Shown: one piece after another, positions 51,687 through 64,000 of the stretch | Layout of the letters: each line of letters opens with the position of its first letter | Numbering within the stretch: position 1 is the first letter of the stretch | NCBI GenBank assembly: GCA_951406725.2 | Contig: OX597822.1 | Location: forward strand, 4,526,001 to 4,590,000 | Length of the DNA: 64,000 bases | Source: Octopus vulgaris | Taxonomy: Eukaryota | Direction of reading: 5' to 3' | Notes under the pieces: generated by a model | What the model saw: only the letters and a program-made list of their open reading frames with translations | Database searches by the model: none | Told to the model about the DNA's origin: nothing | Position numbers and translations under genes: made by a program

Positions 51687-51882
51687 CTACCATTCATCTC
51701 GACCAATCAAGCCATCACTAAGTACATCTTCTGCTGTTTGGAAAGCCAAGACCAACACAGCAAGTTGCTCCTTCAACAGATTGTAGTCTTTTGAACTCTG
51801 TCCTTCCAGGGCTGCTGATATTACACCTGGGAATATAAGCTGTTCATTAATATTGTCCGGATGAGGAGCCATCAACACATTT
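51687..51882 (-). CDS. Terminal coding exon of the GCPII/NAALADase-like gene (end of TfR-type dimerisation domain)
   Basis: tattacag|AA; (K)NVLMAPHPDNINEQLIFPGVISAALEGQSSKDYNLLKEQLAVLVLAFQTAEDVLSDGLIGRDEW*, matching GCPII [21 protein letters not shown]...VKRQIYVAAFTVQAAAETL. TAG stop at 51689-51687. Confidence 0.92.
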
Positions 51883-53587
51883 CTGTAATAGAAAATAAGA
51901 CAATAAAATGAAAAAGAAATATTGAATATTTTTTTGGATTTAATAGGTAATTGGCTAACTTAAGAAATAATTGGCAAATAATTTAAGGGTGGCCAAAAGG
52001 AAGAGAAAAAGTTACTGGGAATGAAAAGAAAACAAGAAAAATAACTGATCTGCATCATTCTAAACTCATTTATTTTTCCTATATTTTTCCTACAAAAGTG
52101 TATTCAGGAAAAAGTGAAACCTTACAAAATGTTGAATCATTTTGAGAAAACCAGTGAATATTAATCGAGATCAGTTTCTCCTCTGACTAAATAATTGTTT
52201 CCAACATAGACACAAGGTTTTAAATTTTGTGGGAGGGGCTGACCTCAGTACTTGATTGGTACTTTATTTAATTGACCCCAAAGGGATGAAAAGCAAAGTT
52301 GGCCTCAGTCAAAGTTGAAATCAAAATGTACAAACTCAGAATATTCCAAGGCATTTCTTCTGAGTTTCCAATGCTTCTGTTAATCTTTTGACTAAATAAC
52401 TGTTACTAGTTTTGTCATGAAACCAGTAATTTCGAAGAGAGGAATTAGCTGATTATATCAATATCAGTATTCTAACGTTACTTTATTTCATTAACCCCAA
52501 GAAAACGAATGGCAAAGATGATAGCAAAAGTGACAAGAGAGTGTTTTTAACTCAATGCAGTTTTTCAGTTGTCGCATTAATGTTTGTATCTTATACACAT
52601 TGGTGCATGCAAGCCTACATATATACATACATATAGGAATTGTTACCTGATGCTGATTAGTGACAAGGTGGAGATGTGTCTTCACCATTTGGTACAATGA
52701 AACTATAAATACTGGTAGTTAAGAGACTGCTGGGGACTTGAGAGACTGTTATGTAACATGTGCTATGTGGTTCTAGTAGAACATGTCATTTTGAGACCTT
52801 ATTATGATGATGAGAGGAAGAAAAACCCAACTGCGTCAAATATATCGATTGTACTAGCAACAGAACTAATCAAAAACAATGTGAAGGTGTTTTAAGGGAA
52901 ATTTAGTAATAAAAGAAGGTTATTTGTAGAATTTTGACACTCATAAAATTGGTCAATGCATAAAGACATAATGCTAGTTTTCTTCCTGTAGCATATGTTA
53001 AGTGATTTTGGGACCAGATGGTCATCAGTTGAGAGCCTAATGCAGGCATTGTAATGTGGCCTTGAGCAATGAAATTAACTCTGCTTGCCTCATTTTTACT
53101 TACTAAAACAGCAAGTATGCTTGACTTTTATTTCCCATTTGACTAGTAGCAAAAGGAAAAGCATTCAGATAAGAGGGAAAGAAAAGTTTTAAAGAATAAA
53201 CATGTCTTAGCCACACAAGAAGCAAACAATAATTAAAAAATACATGTTAAACAAAAACCAAAAAAAACCCCAGTGTTCTTATTTCTCTTGTCTGAAAGAA
53301 ATCAATGCCTCACCAACAAAATACCTTTCCAATCAATTCAGTATTCTGCTAGAATCTCTTACTTTAGAACCTGATAAGATGCAAGAGGGAATTCCCATCT
53401 TCCTATGTGTATTATGAATACACAAACCACTTAAGTTCTATATTAATTGTGGTGGTCTCACTAAAACTTTCAAGAGAAGAATCAAATTTTTGAGCAAGTT
53501 CTGCTGTGGAGCTGATGATAAAAACTAAAATTAAATTGAATACAAAAGAAAATTTATGTAAAAGAATATGAGAACCACGTGACTCAC

Positions 53588-53680
53588 TTGTAGTGGGGTT
53601 GCCCTGGAAGACCTCTGTCAACAATGAATGCTCGAGATAACCGAATGAGTTGGTGGTTTATTATGTGAATCTCACATTCA
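53588..53680 (-). CDS. Exon of the same GCPII/NAALADase-like gene
   Basis: ttgacag|TG...ACAA|gtgagt. 93 nt, phase 2 to phase 2: (S)ECEIHIINHQLIRLSRAFIVDRGLPGQPHY, matching GCPII [27 protein letters not shown]. Confidence 0.92.
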
Positions 53681-55407
53681 CTGTCAAGAAAAATAATTAA
53701 AAAAAAACTTGAAATTAATTTCATATAAACTTCATCAGAACAAATCTTACACTACCAATTGACTCATTAGAAAGAAGCAAGGTATACTACATGTATACCT
53801 TGCTTACCTCTAACAGATCATCTATTAGTAGTGAAGCATCCTTTTTTTTAGACAATTATTGGAATTTGAGAAAAAACAGTGTTAGTCATTTATAATCAGC
53901 AAAAGGCAATTTCATATGAAGGCAAAGAACATCTAACATGCTTCACTTTTGGCTATTTCTATAAGAGAAGAACTAAAGAATGTATTTTCCCTAATGTCAC
54001 AAAAAAATACACTAGAAAGATTTTGAATCTTAACTATGTTGATAATGTGTGATCAGCCACTGCACCCAGCAGCAATCCTATACCATCAGAATCATTTTGA
54101 ACTATAATTTACTTGTGGGTGCTGGTGCCATGTAAAAAGCATCTGTGCTGGTGTCACATAAAAAGCTCCCAGTAGACTGTAAAGAGGTTGGTGTTAGAAA
54201 GGGCATCTAACCAAAGAAACCGGGTCACAACAAACAATGGAGCCTGGTGCAGCTTCTTGGCTTGCCAGCCCCTATCAAATCATCCGATTCATGCCAGCAG
54301 GGAAAACAGATGTTAAACGATGTTATTAATGCATGTATTAGAATATCATAAGTATTCTAAAAGTAATGGTCTTTTCTTTTGTGAAGATAAGACACAAACT
54401 TTAATATCAATGCAAGTATTCCTAGAATATACTTTTTTAAATGTGAAATGGTATTACATTCAAGAGGTCAAATGAATCCATCATTCACTTTAACAACACA
54501 GCCTGATCCTTGGGTAACTTTAACAGAGCCCACTCTGTCACAAGCATTCAGGCCAAATTTCTAGTTTGAGGATACCTTCCTTTCCCATTCCTACTAGTTT
54601 TGGAGCCCTGTAAAAGGTCATAGGTGCCAACTTATTTCCTGATTAAAAGGGAAAAAAAAAATGAAATCTTATATGTGGAACATACTAAACATCATACACT
54701 ACACATCAGACATCCCTAACCTTCTGATATACTTTACTAAGCTTGTAAATATCTTATACACCCTGCTTTTAAGTCATATTTCCATTTAGAAAATAGCAAT
54801 TTCTAAATGAATTTATGTTTCATATCTTCTTATCTTCTTCATGAGGTTACATCCATGGCAATATGAATTTTATGAGTTTTAAAACACTGAACATTTACAT
54901 ATGAATCATAAATAAGTTATACGTTGTGACAGTCTGAAGGCATGAGCACACTGGAAAATTGCCCAATGGCTCCATGAGTCTAGGGATCCAATTCTGACCT
55001 ATGTATGTTGTTATTTGGTTAGTCCACATTACTCCATAAGGAACACAAGGCCAGTTTCCCTGGCTTAGATATTCCTCCTTGGACAGGATGCCATGATGGA
55101 TCCTTGGACATTTGCTGTAAATAAATAGATACTATAGGGCCTAGTTCACTGATTTGTCCAGAGGTCTATAGTGCTGCTAAAGCAGCTCTGCCACCACATA
55201 CCTCTCGCTAAAATTTCAATTACAAACACTGATGCAAGAAGCTAGGTTTAGTAATATGTTTTTCTTTTGGCCAAGAACAAAGCCTTTGTCAAAGCTTGAT
55301 TGAATCCATGATCATAAAATCAGTAGACTAATGTTTTGGCTTCATATACAGTAATCTCATGCAGGGATCATCATCTTATTCACAGTTATATAATCTGTTA
55401 TTTTCTA

Positions 55408-55944
55408 CAGTCATTGGACTATGGCCATGCTGGGGCACCGTCTTGAAGGGTTTTAGTCAAAGTCGAAAGAATTGACCTCGAGTACTTCTTTTCTATTTTT
55501 ATTGTTGGCACTTATTCTGTTGCTGTATTGCTAAGTCACATGGGTGTAAACAAACCAACACCAGTTGTCTAGTGGTGGCGGGAGACAAACACAATGGTGC
55601 ACAAAGAAATATACATACATACATATATATACTTATATATATATATATATTACTGTCACTGTGACCGATCAAGCTATCAAATGTTGCTACACATCGCTGG
55701 TCACAATGCGCTTCACATTGTTTTAGCCTTCAAGTGATGCCACCCCGCTAGCTAAGCGAGCAAGCCAACAGAAGAAAGAGTGGGAGTAAGTTGTGGCAAA
55801 AGAGTACAGCAGGGATCGCTCCCGCCCCCCCCTGCTGGAGCCTCGTGGAGCTTTAGGTGTTTTCGCTCAATAAACACTCACAACGCCCGGTCTGGGAATC
55901 GAAGCCGCGAGTCCGCTGCCCTAACCACTGGGCCATTGCGCCTC

Positions 55945-55978
<34 letters not shown>

Positions 55979-56120
55979 CACACGATCAGTTTCTTCCAGT
56001 TTCACTCTACCAAATTCACTCACAAGATTATGGTCAGCTTGGAACTATAGTAGAAGACACTGAACTCCAAACCATATGGTTGGGAAGCAAAAGTCTTAAC
56101 CATTCTGCTATACCAGCACA
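55408..56120 (-). mobile_element. SINE family A with a family C SINE (about 55650-55945) nested in its microsatellite
   Basis: Family A halves flank a segment whose head is the reverse complement of 15399-15530. Confidence 0.75.
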
Positions 56121-57489
56121 TTAACTAGTTCACAAAATTCATTGGAACAATCTCATGGATCAGCAAATATAATTTTATTTGTGATTTCACTATGTTACCT
56201 TGGACCACCTTACCTTGGATATAAATTACTGGTGGTTAACCTGGACTAAACTGACCACCACTAATCTAACATTTTAACTTCCTATCCAGCACTATTTCCT
56301 CTCACCACTCTTTTCATAAGATCCAATTTTTCTCAGTAACATAAGCATGATGGATCTTCAACATATCAGCTCATCATATATCTTGGTCATTTCATTTGTG
56401 AGGTCCAATGTTTTGACCTATTTCTTATAAAATATTTCCTCGACCACCCACTCTCACAACTCCACACTCATAAAATATGATCCATCTGTATTACATATAA
56501 ATATTTAATACCTTTTGTTGTTCTCATAATGGAATGAGTTTGTGAAGTTTGTCAAACAATATATTGCAACATACTGTCATGTTTTCTCATTTGAAGGCTC
56601 AACACTTAGAAATTTGACAGCTCCACTGATTTTTAGGGTTTTTTTCCCCTGTTTCTGCCATGAATAACTTGAACTATTCACAATTCTATATTTCTGAGTT
56701 GAAGAATTTATATATTAAACTGTGTAACAAAATTTGAATTTTTTTTTTTTTTGTTTTCAGCCAGTAAATGTTATTTCCTGTTTGCTTCCGTCTAGAAATC
56801 AAAGGAATTGGCTACTCTTCATTTACACTTTGCTTTTGTGACCAGGCCATTAATGTGTTGAAACTGATTTATTTCCCATTACATTTCAGACAGAATCAGT
56901 GCTGAGTTGCTGAGGCAGAAATATCGTGATAGCAAATATCCCCTTTCAATACCACAAATTTGCTTGTCAGTTGCTTGACCATAGCCAGTTAAGCATATCA
57001 CTAAGTGGCTGATAATATGTGCATTTCTGGTCATGCGCAGGAGTAGTAGGAGAGCATCATAGCCATGTGCTGAGATGGATTCTTTGGGGTTTGAATAAAA
57101 GAAACAAAGACAAAGTTTGAAGGAAATATTAGGCATTTTTCATATTTTCGAGGGGTCAGCTAATAGGAAATAACAGTTGTTACCCAAAGACAAAATCATT
57201 TTATACAGTATTATCTTTTAGTCAGACTGGTGTCTTCATCTTGTTTGCTGCTTTCCCTGCGTTTCTACTGCATAGACTCCAGCCTTCTTCAGGTGTCTTG
57301 CAATTGACCTTAGTGCCTTGCTTGGGACTGAACTCAGATCTTTTAGGTGACTGCACTTCGGTGTCTTTATCCACTACACTATGCCTGTAGGTTGTATCAG
57401 AGTGAATTTTTAAGGCAGTTACTTAAGAGGGTCTAAGTTCAATCCCAAGCAAAGCACCAAAGTAAATCACGAGACACCTGAATAAGAGT

Positions 57490-57930
57490 GTAATGGGTGC
57501 TTTTTACAAGCCACTGGCACAGGTGCCATTCCCATGATACCAGCATTGGCCACAACTACACTTTCACTTGGCTTGATGAGTGTTCTCAAGTATGGCATAT
57601 CGCCAAAGATCTTTGTCACTTATCATTGCCTCCAGGAAACCCCACATTTGAAGGATGCTTTTTAAGTACCTGTTACGTAACACCAGCATCAGCCACGACT
57701 ACTGTTTCACTTGGCTTCATAGGTCTTCTCAAGCACGGCATACCATCAAAGGTTTTGGCCACTTGTCATTGCCTCTGTGAGGCCCAACGTTCAAAGATCA
57801 TGCTTCACCACCTTGTCCCATCTCTTCCTGGGTCTGTCTCTCCCACAGGTTTCCTTCACATTTAGAGATCGGCACTTTTTTTACACAGTTGTCCTCATCC
57901 ATACACATCGCATGCCCATACCAGTGCAAG
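57490..57930 (-). mobile_element. RTE LINE 3' end
   Basis: WYGHAMCMDEDNCVKK...CGRDRPRKRWDKVVKHDL on the minus strand. Confidence 0.8.
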
Positions 57931-58232
57931 CCCACTAGGTCCAAGAAATGAAAATTGTCCATCTCAACAGAATTGAAGCCTCGTTAGCTTAAGGTTAAAA
58001 ATATAGTCTGTTATGACCTTACTACAAAGGAATTTATTACAAAGACATAAAAAGGGCTGCTCTTCAGTTAATTACTGTGTAGGGGAGATTTTGGCAAGTA
58101 GATGGCTGCTGTCAATGAGTTATAACGGCTAATATCTTACCTATAAAAACTCTCTATATCATATCATGACTCCTCTATAAAAAGAATGAAATCTGTAATA
58201 AAGAAAAGACACTGATACAATTCATTAATTAC

Positions 58233-58320
58233 CTGAGATTTTTTTCTGGCAAGTTTCTGTAAATTTGGAAAAAGTCATCAGCTGCTCTTGAGAAATTGTC
58301 CATTGCCTGGTAGAGTATGT
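58233..58320 (-). CDS. Exon of the same GCPII/NAALADase-like gene
   Basis: ttgcag|AC...CTCAG|gtaatt. 88 nt, phase 1 to phase 2, in frame with its neighbours: (N)ILYQAMDNFSRAADDFFQIYRNLPEKNL, matching GCPII DSLFSAVKNFTEIASKF. Not in the ORF track. Confidence 0.88.
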
Positions 58321-60624
58321 CTGCAAGTAAGTAAATAAAGGATAATATTTCCAATAAAAAACAACAACAAAAAACAAAGAAACAAAACACAAACAATGAT
58401 ATCAAAGAAATTTTACAACCCTGGCCACCCTATTGCTCTTATAGTCACAATGCATGCTATGTACTTCAACTGATGTTTTAAACAAATATTTTTTATCTTT
58501 TACATGTTTCAGTCATTAGACTGTGGCCATACTGCAGCACCACTTTGAAGAATTTTTAGTCGAATCAATCAACACTAGTACTTATTTGTTAAAACCTGGT
58601 ACTCATTCTATAAGTCTCTTTTGCTGAACTGCTAAGTTATAGGGAACAAACACACCAACACTGGTTGTGAAGGGGTGGCGGGGGACAAACACAAATACAT
58701 AAACACACACACACTGTCTATCAAATCCACTCACAAGGCTTTGGTTGGGCCATGCAGCACAGTTGGACTGAACTCAGAACCATGTGGTTGGGAAGCAAGC
58801 TTCTTACCTCACAGCCATGCCTGCACCCAAATATATTTGTAGATAATTTCTGTTCAGGCCTATATCAATATAAAATTGCTTTCCTTCATACTACTCTTAT
58901 CAAAACTTCTAAACTACTCATATCCAACGTGAGCTAAGAATAAGAACTCATCCGGTCATTTCAATCTAACAAATCACCTTGTTTCAGCAGTATCTCTTCC
59001 ATTACTTTCAAATAGTACATTCCGGTATAAGTGCATATCCTTACCAAACACTTTGATATCGCATCCTCTCCATCTCTTCAGAGATCTATCACAATATTTG
59101 GCAGCTCATTGCAGTATCTCTGAAACCCAAAAGGTTCAAACTCTCTGACCTAACCAATTACCAACCTATTGTTCTCCCTTTTTCCAATACACTTTACATA
59201 GAATATGTCACTGAATACTGATATCTCTTCATTAGACAGATGGAATTATATTTATAAGAGAGTAAGGAAGGAATTGCATGTGGTGCACATGTCTTTCTAA
59301 AAGCCATTAGTGATATAAGTGAAATGGCTACAACTGGGAACAGAAGCCATTTTACAAACCAGGATTGTGGAGGAATTACTTGTATTTCATGGAGATTTCA
59401 TGAGAATTAACATTCAGAATAATCATATCTACAATTTGGATATCAACAAATATCAACATTATCAAGATGTTACTGTTGTTCTGACCTCTGTTATTCTACA
59501 CTGATATAGACTGGAAACGGTCGTTAAACAGCTTAGTATTATTTCTTGTTCTTATTGTAATGAGAAATCACTCTGTAAATTGTAACGTATTATAACATGT
59601 TTTGAATATAAATATCTCAGTACTTGTACTCCTCTGCTTTGACATTTGAAACATGTGTATAAATTTCCATTACAACCACAATATAATGTTATTAGAGCTG
59701 AGAAAATCTAACTTCCAGTAATGCTATTAAAAGTTAGGAACAACCATCAGCTCCGAATGCTAACACGCACACACATGGAGAGAAAAAGAGGAGGGGTGGA
59801 GAGGGGATAGTGAGGGACAGAGAGAGAGAGAGAGTGGGGGTGGTGGAAAGTAGTGTCTGTTTCTGTTTAGTGGTTTGGTACTATTATTGAGGAATTTGGA
59901 CGCAATCTTCAGTGTGTTTTTTGCAATTGTAAGAGCAAAAGACAAGATGATAACATTCACACAGACAGACAGACACACATGTAATTCACAGATGAGATCC
60001 AGATATTCTCTGTAGTACTCAAGATTCAAACTCAGACCCCGATGTCTTAACAAGACATCATTCCACAAGCTAAAGAAATGGTTTCAGAGGGATCAGGTTG
60101 AGCGGGTCGAGAAGCAATTATGGGGATAAGCAAATTAGACACATCCAATATATTAAATACATCAAATACAAAATATGTAAATATGTTTACATGCAAAACA
60201 AGGGAAAGCAAAGGGTGGAAACTTTCAGATGATGAATTTATATGTGTGTACATATGTTTTCATCAACTAAAAGTTTCCACATTTTGATTTCTCTGGTTTT
60301 GCCTTTATACATATATATCATCATCATCATCATCATCGTTTAGTGTCCGTTTTCCATGCTAGCATATGTATATATATTGTATTTGATATATTTAATATAT
60401 TTGATGTGTCTAATTTATCTCCAAAATTGCTTATATATATATGCGGGTGGCATGTAAAAAGCACCCACTACACTCACGGAGTGGTTGGCGTTAGGAAGGG
60501 CATCCAGTCGTAGAAACACTGCCAGATCAGACTGGGCCTGATGTAGCCTTCTGGCTTCACAGACCCCAGTTGAACCGTCCAACCTATGCTAGCATGGAAA
60601 GCGGACGCTAAATGATGATGATGA

Positions 60625-60665
<41 letters not shown>

Positions 60666-62464
60666 AGACTACACTGGATCAATTGTATTCAGTAACTCTC
60701 TAGTACTTGCATGCTTGTCATCACTCTGTTTCACTCTGTTTTTTGCTCACATCTTGGGTCTCTATCATTGCTTTATCCTCTTGGTTACACTGTCATGGGT
60801 GTACGTATCTGTCTCATGATACTGACTGCTCATACCACACATCACTTACCACTATTATTCATGCCTTTATCTTTCATGAAGCTATCATTCTTCCAACTCA
60901 ATCAGTTAAGAGGTTAGTAAGTGAACCGAAATAGTTAACCAATTCTTTTAGTCATGTCAAGGCCATGGCTACCCCCCTTGTGCTGGTGCCACAAAAAGAT
61001 TTAAAAAAAACACAGCATTCAGTACAATCTGGAAAGTGTAAGCTTATGAGGTCCCTTTAGTCTCATCAAGGACAAGACACTTCTCTAGTGCTGGTGCTAT
61101 GTCAAGTACACTCTATAAAGTCATCAATTATAGGGTGAGCATCCAGAAACCAAGCTAAAAATGAAATGTAAGTGTTAACAATGTTAACTGTATCATTGTA
61201 CCAGCTTTGAAATGTATTTATCCTATCATCAACAATTTGCTGTCCTGTAGACCCTCCTCTCTGTGAGGTGGTGGAATGGGAGACTGAAATTGGGGATTTA
61301 AAATCTTTGATTGTGATATCTCCCATCAATAACACCAAGTATTCTTGTTAGTTCACATAAATGTCGTATATTCATCACATGAATATTGTTTATTAATAGT
61401 GACATTAAGACCCAATTTTGCATCCCTGAAAAAAAATTTGGGACTAAATTTTGTCAGAATCTTGGTAATAATGGCAGTTAATCTTCTTGAACAGTTCCTT
61501 TAATTACAGTTGAATGCCACAAGGTAAAAATTAATTTGTTTTGTTCTTTTCTATCAGAAACTGAAGACAAAATTGCAAGTGAGAGGTGTAAATATCTCCA
61601 TAAAAATGACAAACATTACTGAAACTACAATACTACCATTAAAATCTCTATTCTCAAAAGATGCACATTATTGTGAAGAATTCTCTGAAAAGCCTCTTGT
61701 TAATGATGCTGACTAGAATTTTCTAGAGTCTCATATTGAGACAAGCTGCTTAGCTATTGAAAATGATTCTCTCAAAGAACACTACCAGACTTTTCTGAAC
61801 TGACTTCTATTATGGTAAGTTATCAGACATTTCAAAAAATGTCTTCAAATAAAACAAACTACCTTTCTTATGATTTAAATAAAGTTTCTTTCCCTAGAGC
61901 CTTGATGCTAGACATTGCTGAAATGTCACATAGCACAAAATAAATACAAAACACTACTAGCAACAAGAAAATAGCTGAACCTATAGAGGTAAAAAGTTTA
62001 ATAAGAAAACCATAAAAACAAAAATATCTAAAATAAAACTTTAAAATAATTCAATACACAAGGGCAAGTCTCATCCCTTCCTTCTATTTTCTTTTTCTTT
62101 AATGAAGATGGAGAATTGGTGGAGTCATCAGAGTATAGGACAAATACTTTGTTGTAATTGTTCAAGTTCTTCTTTCCTGCCATCAGTCAGAGAGATCCAG
62201 GAAAAAGTAGAGTCATGGGGACTTTCTCTCTCTTTCTTGCATTCCCTTTGAGAATTTATCCCTAATTAGTAGTTTGGAATTTAACTGTTCTTTCTAGTGT
62301 AATGGATTCCTATGATGGAAGCCTCTTAATGTGTTTTAGTGTACATCGTATTTTATATGAATAATATATAGTCTTTTGACTAAATTTTTTTTTTACGCTA
62401 GGCCACTGGCAGTAGAAATTTCTAAAATTTTTATTACCCTGATATTATTAAATATATATATAAA

Positions 62465-62500
<36 letters not shown>

Positions 62501-62604
62501 AAATGATAACACTTAAACAACACATATAAATATATAAGACAATGCTTCAGTGAAATTATAAGTTGTGAATTTAACAAATAAATAAGAAAAAAATTAATAC
62601 TAAC

Positions 62605-62860
62605 TTAATGATATTCCTGCTTCCTCATAGGTTGTGTTAAACCGTCCTAGCATTTCACGTCCAACGCTGAGTGCATGCCAAACGTAGTTGTTAACGTCCA
62701 GTGGGAGAATGAGTGAGTCGGACAATCGAAGAATTACTTCAGCCACGACTTTGGCTACCGTCATATGAAGAGTGAGATCCCTGTCTATGAAATTCCGTAA
62801 GTAATCAAATGTATCCACTAAGGTGTTATAAGCTGGGTAGGTTGGAAGGTATGGATACAC
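62605..62860 (-). CDS. Internal exon of an M28B family gene (glutamate carboxypeptidase II / NAALADase / transferrin receptor-like); end of protease domain and start of the helical dimerisation domain. The 5' part of the gene lies beyond the window
   Basis: Acceptor ttgcag|GTG at 62861/62860 and donor A|gttagt at 62605/62604. Translates VYPYLPTYPAYNTLVDTFDYLRNFIDRDLTLHMTVAKVVAEVILRLSDSLILPLDVNNY...EEAGISL, collinear with human GCPII [31 protein letters not shown]...LANSIVLPFD. 256 nt, ends in phase 1. Confidence 0.93.
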
Positions 62861-62932
62861 CTGCAAGTGAGAAAACAGTAGAGTTAGTTTACCTGACAAC
62901 AATAACAACATGGTCTGTTTTTGCAAAATGAT

Positions 62933-63147
62933 AATCCTTTCTACTGTAGGTACAAGGCCTGAAATTTGGGTATGTGGTTAGTTGATTACACCAACCCCAG
63001 TGTTCAACTGGTACTTATTTTAACGACACTGAAATGATGAAAGGCAAAGTCTATCTTGGTGACACTTGAACTCAGAAAGTAGAGACAGACGAAATGCTGC
63101 CAAGCACTTTGTCTGGTCTGCTAACATTTCTACAGGCTCAGTGCCTT

Positions 63148-63179
<32 letters not shown>

Positions 63180-63608
63180 TCCTTTATACGATGAGCACAA
63201 GGCCTGAGATTTTGGATAAGGTGACTAGTCAATTACATCCACCCTAGTGCTCAATTGGTACTTATTTTATTGGCCCCACAAAGATGAGAGGCAAAGCTGA
63301 CCTTGGTAGCATTTGAACTCAGAATGTAAAGACGAGAAAATGCTGCTAAGTATTTAATCCAGTGTGCTAATCATTCTTCCAGCTTGCTGCCTTAAATCCT
63401 TTCTACTATAGGCACAAAGGCTGAAATTCTGGGGACTGCTGAGCCAATTATATCAGCTCCAGTACTCAGCTGGTACTTATTCTATACAGTCCGAAAGGAT
63501 GAAAGGCAATGTCGGCATCAGGGGAATTTCACCATAGAACATGAAGACAGGCAAAATGCTGCTGAGTATTTTACCTGATGTCCTAGCAATTCTGCTAGCT
63601 CACTGACT
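62933..63608 (-). repeat. Head-to-tail array of 3 SINE family E-related units (intronic)
   Basis: Units start at about 62933, 63178 and 63396 with aatcctttctact...acaaggcctgaaatt. Confidence 0.75.
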
Positions 63609-63644
63609 TCTTCTTTTTAATAATAATAAATCCTCTGATGCAGT

Positions 63645-64000
63645 CCCAGGCAGTGGCTCTCATGGCTTCTGATCTTAACTGATTGGAAGTGTTGTCATGT
63701 ACATTGTTTTGTCTTGGTATAAAAGATGGGCTACACCAAATATTCTGCTCAATGCCACAGATTTGCTTGTCAGTTGTTTGACCGTAACTAGTTGAGCATA
63801 TCCCTTAGTGGCTGATGATGTGTGCATCTCTGATCATGAGTAGAAGTAGTGGAGGAGCATCATAGCCATGTGTTGAGAGGGATTCTTTGGGGTTTGAATA
63901 ATTCACCTCTGGAAACATGGGTGTTTCGTTCAACATCCTTAAACAACCCTTATTCAGGGTTGCTTGAGCGGGATGGGTTACACGACCAGAAGAAAATTCT
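63645..64000. repeat. Unclassified dispersed repeat; second partial copy at about 56930-57100
   Basis: Shared ccacagatttgcttgtcagttg...gagcatcatagccatgtg...gattctttggggtttgaataa. Confidence 0.6.

Noticed and set aside
61102-61338. ORF with VLLMGD resembling a LINE AP-endonuclease motif, or an extra host exon
   Set aside because: Only one short motif is present, and the flanking host exons already join in frame without it.
62861-62926. N-terminal MQKQTMLLLLSGKLTLLFSHLQ of ORF 62600..62926 as a signal peptide
   Set aside because: It is intron read-through upstream of the ttgcag acceptor; family homology begins at 62860.

Overview
This is AT-rich, microsatellite-dense animal genomic DNA. Its tRNA-SINE families, (CAT)n-tailed RTE ends and TA/CA/GA tracts look like an octopus (cephalopod) genome, which is an inference. 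The only host coding sequence I can support is the last four exons (minus strand, 62860 to 51687) of an M28B glutamate carboxypeptidase II / NAALADase / transferrin-receptor family gene. Its zinc-ligand His (His553 in human GCPII) reads Asn, so it may be a pseudo-peptidase. The rest is mostly decayed mobile DNA: a stacked cluster of non-LTR retrotransposons (CRE-like, Tx1/L1-like, R4/Dong), two Penelope-like elements (PLEs), hAT and Tc1-like remnants, a Helitron, a piggyBac-type MITE and about five SINE/LINE-tail families. The most striking unannotated structure is about a dozen minimal type-I hammerhead-ribozyme-like motifs, several with recurrent non-canonical cores. Most lie in or beside short fold-back elements that are often anchored in (TA)n tracts. 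Nearly all ORFs in the supplied track are microsatellite or SINE artefacts. All family assignments come from motifs read by eye, not from database searches.
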